From NCBI GenBank assembly GCA_963766075.1, contig CAVYAN010000018.1:1-34177 (forward strand): a stretch of 34,177 nt of DNA. Direction: 5' to 3'. Shown in pieces: positions 28,338 to 34,177 of this stretch. The position numbers and the translations under genes are program-made. Source of the DNA: an uncultured cyanobacterium (GTDB lineage Bacteria > Cyanobacteriota > Cyanobacteriia > Leptolyngbyales > Leptolyngbyaceae). Under the pieces are notes generated by a model. That model saw only the letters and a list, made by a program, of their open reading frames with translations, was not told the origin of the DNA and made no database searches. Each line of letters opens with the position of its first letter. Position 1 is the stretch's first letter.

Positions 28338-29692
28338 TTAGTGGCGCGATTCATGGTGGTTTTTTCCAGATCGCGCATTTTCTTGCCTCGCCACATCAGG
28401 CGCATGGGAGTGCCGGTGAAGCCTAAGGCTTGGCGAAATTGCCGTTCGATGTAGCGGCGATAGTTATCGTTGAACAGGGCAGGATCATTGACGAACAGGC
28501 AGATGGCCGGGGGCTTTGCACTCACCTGGGTGCCGTAGTAGATTCGCCCTTGACGCCCTTGGCGAGTAGTTGGTGGCGTATGCCAACTGGCCGCTTCTTC
28601 TAAGACTTCGTTAATGACGGAGGTGGTGACGCGACGGCGATGCTGTTCGGCAGCGGTATTGACCAGTTCCAGGATCTTTTCGACCCGCTGTCCCGTTTTG
28701 GCACTGATGAAGACCACTTCAGCCCACTCGAAGAAGTGCAGGCGATCGCGCACCAGCTTCTCGTACTCGTAGATTGTGTGCGCATCTTTTTCAATCGCGT
28801 CCCATTTGTTAACGACGATCACACAGCCCCGCCCTTCATCCGCAATGCGTCCGGCCAGCTTTTGATCCTGGTCAGTCACCCCGTCCAGGGCATCGATCAC
28901 GATTAACGCCACGTCACAGCGATCAATCGCTTTAAAGGCACGATTGATGCCGAAAAATTCGGGGCCGTATTCCACATTCTTTTTGCGGCGAATCCCGGCG
29001 GTGTCGATCAGGCGATAGGTGTAGCCGTCGCGTTCGACCACCATATCAATCGCATCCCGCGTGGTTCCGGAGATCGGGCTGACAATGGAGCGATTTTCGC
29101 CGACGAAGGCATTCAGCAGACTGGACTTGCCCACGTTGGGCCGTCCGACGATCGCGACGCGAATTTCGTCCACTTCTTCCAGATTATCGGTGGCGGGCAA
29201 ATGGGTGATTAATTCATCCAGCAGCTCCCCAGTGCCACTGCCATGAATGCCGGAAACCGCGTGGGGCTCACCGATCCCGAGTTCCCAAAAGTCAGCGGTT
29301 TGAGCGAAGCCTTGATCCACAGACTCGCACTTATTGACAGCCAACAGCACAGGCACAGACTGTTGCCGAAGCCAACTGGCAATTTCAGCATCCGCCTGGG
29401 TCAGCCCTTCCTGGCCATCGACGATAAAAATGGCGGCACTGGATTCGCTGAGGGCAGCCATGGCTTGCTCGCGAATCAGCGGCAAAAATTCGGTATCGTC
29501 ATCAAAGACTAAGCCCCCCGTATCCACGACCAGAAAGTCGCGATCGCCCCAAAAGGCCCGCTTGTAGGTGCGATCGCGCGTAACACCAGGCTCATCGAAG
29601 ACGATCGCGTCTTGGACCTGGGACAAGCGGTTGACAATGGTGGATTTGCCCACGTTGGGGCGACCGATGATAGCAACAATGGGGAGAGGCAT
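28322..29692 (-). CDS. der: Ribosome biogenesis GTPase Der (EngA)
   Basis: Two G domains (GRPNVGKS twice, DTGG/DTAG, NKCE/NKWD) plus the C-terminal KH-like domain. Confidence 0.98.
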   Translation of the reverse strand: MPLPIVAIIGRPNVGKSTIVNRLSQVQDAIVFDEPGVTRDRTYKRAFWGDRDFLVVDTGGLVFDDDTEFLPLIREQAMAALSESSAAIFIVDGQEGLTQADAEIASWLRQQSVPVLLAVNKCESVDQGFAQTADFWELGIGEPHAVSGIHGSGTGELLDELITHLPATDNLEEVDEIRVAIVGRPNVGKSSLLNAFVGENRSIVSPISGTTRDAIDMVVERDGYTYRLIDTAGIRRKKNVEYGPEFFGINRAFKAIDRCDVALIVIDALDGVTDQDQKLAGRIADEGRGCVIVVNKWDAIEKDAHTIYEYEKLVRDRLHFFEWAEVVFISAKTGQRVEKILELVNTAAEQHRRRVTTSVINEVLEEAASWHTPPTTRQGRQGRIYYGTQVSAKPPAICLFVNDPALFNDNYRRYIERQFRQALGFTGTPMRLMWRGKKMRDLEKTTMNRATKVLKG

Positions 29693-29945
29693 GGAAAGGG
29701 TGCAGTAGGGATAACGTGTGGAGCCGGATCAGGCTGAGGGGTCAAACCTGTTGATGATGCCGCTTGATTGGGCACTGAATTATCTGGACCGATAACAGTT
29801 CAGCGCTCACTGGCGGCAGCAATTGAGATAGGAAGAATTGATAACAAGGAAACAGCGATAATCAATAACTAATGAAGACGAACAATGAATACGAGCTAGG
29901 AGGGACCATTCGGAGCGGTAGGGGGCAGGACTTTTCGAGAGGGAG

Positions 29946-30795
29946 ATGAGGATGCAGCGCCAATCAAGGGATTCGGAAGGTCAGGATTTCGAGGTTCAGG
30001 TTGAAGCGATCGCCGCGCAAATCAATACCTTCACGACCCAAAGCATCGCTATCTATAATAAGCAGTATATCGTGCCGACCCTGGATGGATCATTATTGCA
30101 GATTACACGCGCCGGGGCTATCACCCCGTGGGTGGATTTGGTCACCCGTGGCTGGGGAGTGCCCTTTGGATTGACGGTGCAGGGAGATAGCCTGGTGGCT
30201 ACGGTATCTGGTTTTCTGGGAGAGCATTTTTTGGTGCGCGTGGCAGCCGATGGCCAAGTCTCAAAGCTAGCGGATTTTGAGGCCATGGTGGGAAGCTACG
30301 GTGGGCCTTTCGGGGTTGCGGCCAGTACTAACGGTGAGCAGAAGGGCTATGCAGTCACGCTATCACCGGATACCACGGCATCTCAAGGGGCGCTGCTGTG
30401 GGTGTCAGATGCAAGGTAGGGTTTCCCAGATTGCGGATTTGTCAGAGTATGGCATTCCCTTGGGGATAATCGCGGATCAAGGCGATTTTATTGTAGCCCA
30501 GCACCGAGGATGGTTAACGCGCGTGACCGCCCAGGGGCACGTGGTCCCCATTGTTAATCTGGCGGCGATCGGTCTGGGATCACCGTTTTCTGTAGGGTGT
30601 TGGCAGGAGTATCTAGTCGCGACTACGAATCAGGGATTAGTGGTGCAGGTGGGGCGAGATGGCCAGGGGGCGAGGGCGATCGCCAATTTGCGCGCTCAAA
30701 AATTTGGTATCCCAGCAGGGCTGGTCGTTGACGGCAGGAATGTCCTCATCGTATCCACCACAGGGGGATACTTGCTTCGCCTCAAACTTCGTTAG
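29946..30795 (+). CDS. Hypothetical beta-propeller-like repeat protein, split by a frameshift at ~30408-30414
   Basis: ORFs 29946-30419 and 30277-30795 share a repeat (I/V)x(D/N)L...G.P.G(L/V/I) about five times and join as LLWVS..GRVSQIADL. Confidence 0.7.
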
Positions 30796-30971
30796 TTCCT
30801 CCCTCTGAACAAGCTTGGCAATTGGCAGAGTAGAGGGTCCGACACACAGGGCGCAGGAATCCCTAGGCGTGGTGGATGGACTAGGGATTGCCCCATGATT
30901 ATTCAGAAGGTAGATATTCAAGAGGCAGAACGCCTTGACCCGAAATATTGGAAAAGCATCGACAAGCCAGC

Positions 30972-31045
30972 CCCAGGGTTGATAATCAAGCCTGAGGGAT
31001 AATCAACCCTGGGATAATGGAGGTTAGGGAAATGGAGGTTAGGGA
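30972..31045. promoter_or_regulatory. Inverted repeat plus duplicated RBS upstream of the small 31045 gene
   Basis: CCCAGGGTTGAT (30972-30983) / ATCAACCCTGGG (31002-31013). AATGGAGGTTAGGGA x2 (31016-31045) ends on the A of the ATG. Confidence 0.5.
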
Positions 31046-31242
31046 TGACCAAGCTAGATGGAATTAAGGCGGCGATCGCCCAACTGCCCGCCCAGGATGT
31101 GCGTCTATTGGCCAATTGGTTAGCAGAGTATTTGGCGATCGCAGGCGATATTGAATTGGAGGCCAATATCAAAGCCGGACGCACTGACCGCCTGATTCAG
31201 CGTGCCAAAGCCGAGATCGAGGCCCACCATCACCACGGATAA
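31045..31242 (+). CDS. Small helical protein resembling putative antitoxins
   Basis: 65 aa with GGAGG RBS. The pattern I..AI.QLP..D...L..WL.E....D..LE..I.AG..D.L...A..E recalls small proteins usually encoded before RelE/ParE-like toxins. Confidence 0.6.
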   Translation: MTKLDGIKAAIAQLPAQDVRLLANWLAEYLAIAGDIELEANIKAGRTDRLIQRAKAEIEAHHHHG

Positions 31243-31436
31243 GCACAGACTCTCCCCAGGGGTATGCCCGGTCACAGGTGCACTTCAGACCGCACATTGC
31301 GCCAACCTGCAATTCTGACATTTCTAGTCGCGCCGGGGTTAATCGCACCCTGCCCGACTGTGCATCAGCATTTTTAACAGCGCTTCGCGCCGCTACGCGA
31401 GAGCCGGTTTAATGTTGAATGCAGAACTCAGCCGTG

Positions 31437-31472
31437 TCTCCCTAACCTTTAACATCTCCCTAGCCTTTAACA
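31437..31472. repeat. 18-bp tandem duplication spanning the glyS stop codon
   Basis: TCTCCCTAACCTTTAACA / TCTCCCTAGCCTTTAACA. Confidence 0.85.
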
Positions 31473-33602
31473 ATCGCCCCAAAGTCCGCCAGCCGTCGGG
31501 CCTGATTTCGCAGAACGCCCAGTAAATTCAACCGATTCTGCTTGATGGCGGGGTCTGGATCCATCACGAGAACACTATCAGCGCCATCAAAAAAGCGGCT
31601 GACCGTGGGCGCGATCTGACTTAGAGCGGTAATCAGCTTTTGATAATCCTGTTCACCCTGCATTTGGTGATGCAACTGCTTCAAAGCTTCAAATAGCGGT
31701 GGTTCCGAGGGCTTTTGGAAAAGCGTGGGTTGAACCACAGCGCTGGGATCGAGCTGCCCCGTAGCCAAGCTGCCTTGGGTTGCTAATCGGGAAGCACGGT
31801 TAACGGTTTCATAAATATCGGCCAAGGTGCCATTATTGCGGAGAGATTGCAGATAAACGGCGCGATCGCGCACATCCAACAAATCCTGTAAAGCCCGCTC
31901 AGCATACTCCAGGTCATTCTCACCCAATACAGCGTTCACCAGATCATAATCAATTTGGTAATCTTCTTGTAGTAAAGTCCGAACCCGCTGGAGAAAGAAG
32001 TCCCGCAACTGCTGGCGTAATTCTTCGAGACTCAGTTTGATCACCGAAACATAGGCATGAGCAAAATTGTGAGTCACTTGATCGAGCAGTTGTGCGAGAT
32101 TCAAGCCCAGATTTGCCGACCACGTAATGTTCACAATGGCATTTGCGGCACGGCGCAGTGCAAAGGGATCCGATGACCCCGAGGGAATCATGCCCAAACC
32201 GAAAATACTTACCAGCGTGTCGAGGCGATCGCTCAAGCCAACGATCTGCCCTGTCAGCGTTTGGGGTAAGGCATCCCCCGCACCCTTGGGAAGATAATGT
32301 TCAGAAATTGCGATCGCCACGGCTTCCGACTCGCCGCTGGCTCGAGCGTATTTTTCGCCCATAATACCCTGGAGTTCGGGGAATTCCCCCACCATCTGGG
32401 TAACGAGATCGGCCTTACACAACAGAGCTGCCCGTTGGATCTCTGTGGAGTCCGCGAGATGAAGCTGGGTGCTCATCGCTTGAGCAATCGTGACGATGCG
32501 ATCGCCCTTGGCACGCACTGAGCCAAGATCCGCTTGGAAAGTCACAGTTTCCAACTTGGGCAGGTAGGCTTCTAGGGGCTGTGCGCGATCGGCATCAAAG
32601 AAAAACTTGCCATCGGATAGGCGCGCTCGAATTACCCGTTCATTGCCCTGGGCAATGAGATCCGCCTTAGCCGGATCTCCATTGGCAATCGTAATGAAAT
32701 GGGGCAATAGCTCAGAGGAGGCGGCGATCGGACAACAGGGAAATAGCGCTGGTGACTTTCCATTTCCGTAATGGTCACTTCCGACGGCAGCTCCAAAAAG
32801 TCCGCATCGAATTTGCCCACCACCGGTGTAGACCATTCCACCAAGTTGGTCACTTCCCGCAGCAACCGGGCAGAGACAATCGCCACCCCACCGAGTTTCG
32901 GGCTGTTTCCTCGACTTGGCGCTGAATCTTGGCTTGCCGGACCTCTGGATCAACATCGACAAACGCCTGACGTAGGGTTTCCACATAGGCGTCGGCATGG
33001 AGAATTTCCACAGGCGCAGGATGCAATACGCGATGGCCTAGAGAATAACGGCCACTGTGGCAGGGCTGGGACGCGTTGGCAATGGTGATCGGAATCAGCG
33101 TTTCGTCTAATAGAGTGACCAGCGATCAAATCGGGCGGGGAAACTTGAGGTCGCCATCGGCCCAGCGCATGAACCGCTTACCCTGCAACCCTGTGATCCA
33201 GGCAGGAATCAGCGTTGTCAAAATGGCAATCGTGGGTTGACCTTTAATCGCTTTCCGCACAAATACGAAATCACCTTTTTCCGTCGGGCGAATTTCCAAA
33301 TCCGCCACGGGGACCCCTTGCTTTTGAGCAAAACCAATCGCGGCTTTCGTGGGAACGCCCTCTTTGAAAGCAGATTGTGCCGGTGGCCCCTTGACCTCTT
33401 CCTCTTGGTCAGGCTGCTGGATGGGCAATCCAGAAATCACCACGGCCAGACGGCGGGGAGTACCATAGTAGGCCACAGCAGCAGGGGTGAGGTAGGCCTC
33501 AGCCAAAGACTGAGGAATCTGCGATCGCCATTGCTCCAGCGCCTCATCCACAAAACTGGCCGGGAGTTCTTCTGTCCCCACTTCGAGTAAAAAGGTCGCC
33601 AT
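31460..33602 (-). CDS. glyS: Glycine-tRNA ligase beta subunit, interrupted by one TGA and two frameshifts (probably sequence errors)
   Basis: [21 protein letters not shown]...[57 protein letters not shown] and NRLNLL. Repaired length is ~714 aa. Confidence 0.95.
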
Positions 33603-33671
33603 AGCTCCGAAATGCCCAACGGTACAAAATTCAGCTTTACAAGTGTACCGTGTGTTCCGAAGGTGGATCTT

Positions 33672-34128
33672 CTAGAACGGGACTTTTTGCTGGCGCAATC
33701 CCTGGAGGCAATCGGTGATTTCGATCGGGGTGAGCTGCTGCCGAGATCCTTTGCCATAGGTTTTCAGTAAATAGTCGCGGCCTTCGTCAATCGTCCAGCC
33801 CAGACGCTCAATTCCACCAAAATAGCATCCGTATCGGACAGTTCCCCACCATACCCGCGATCAGCTTCCAACAGGGATCAGCCTCCGACCAATGAGCACT
33901 GGGCCGCAGAGGCATACTCAAGCTCACTGTCACCAGGCAAGGGTTGCGGGGATGGTAGTAGGTCAGTTTCCTGGTCATAATGGGATAGCAATACGTGGTT
34001 TTGCTCTGCATCGCTGAGTTTACGTATTGCTGTCCGGATGGACATCCCCCCCTTACCACGGCCGGCTTCGCCTTCGCCGGATGCGGTTCCTCTGGCAGGG
34101 AACCTGCTCTGAACGCCTCTGCGTCCAT
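33672..34128 (-). pseudogene. Disrupted or mis-assembled hypothetical gene with a conserved cyanobacterial C-terminal helical domain
   Basis: Across frames it reads ...ELSDTDAILVE(I)ERLGWTIDEGRDYLLKTYGKGSRQQLTPIEITDCLQGLRQQKVPF* (TAG 33672-33674). The 5' boundary is uncertain. Confidence 0.55.
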
Positions 34129-34177
34129 ATTACAGCCTCAGAACTTGCCACTGCATTACTCTCTCACTCAGAACCTT

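Larger units (their letters stand above)
1..34177. repeat. HIP1 (GCGATCGC) dispersed octamer palindrome
   Basis: Roughly 45 copies counted by eye (e.g. 186, 8741, 8758, 10337, 14806, 29540). This is the hallmark of many cyanobacterial genomes. Confidence 0.95.

Noticed and set aside
31243..31436. Weak hairpins with CGCTTCGCG / GCTACGCG between the small gene and glyS
   Set aside because: The pairing is too imperfect to call an ncRNA, repeat or toxin remnant without a search.
33126..33128. TGA recoding (Sec/Trp) or an intron/intein in glyS
   Set aside because: The position corresponds to Arg (CGA, one substitution away), other genes use TGA as stop, and the repaired gene has normal length with no inserted sequence.
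1..34177. tRNA, rRNA, transposase, integrase or prophage genes
   Set aside because: No such signatures were found by eye.

Overview
A cyanobacterial chromosome segment (HIP1 GCGATCGC roughly 45 times by eye; SLH porin; cyanobacterial-type rpsB, tsf and dapL). Housekeeping genes are ctaD (start only), ctaC, ctaA, ctaB, a DrrA-like ABC ATPase, dapL, rpsB-tsf, an M50 protease, ecfT, der and glyS. Between them lie accessory genes. The most unusual block is a co-oriented minus-strand trio at 8755-15715: a ~1300-aa protein with three tandem TIR domains, a transmembrane helix and WD40 propellers, then an SLH/OprB-type porin, then a secreted FecR-domain protein. This is a candidate trans-envelope sensing or defence system. 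Other accessory genes are an FG-GAP-repeat zinc protease, a beta-propeller protein, an orphan antitoxin-like gene and several conserved hypotheticals. At least six genes, including essential glyS, are broken by single-base indels or a TGA, often in homopolymers or at GATC/CGATCG sites. This most likely reflects an error-prone assembly rather than true pseudogenes. Intergenic DNA carries many locally unique 11-24 bp tandem duplications, several copying a gene's own stop codon, and there is a GTAG-type REP doublet upstream of dapL. No tRNA, rRNA, CRISPR array or transposase was seen.
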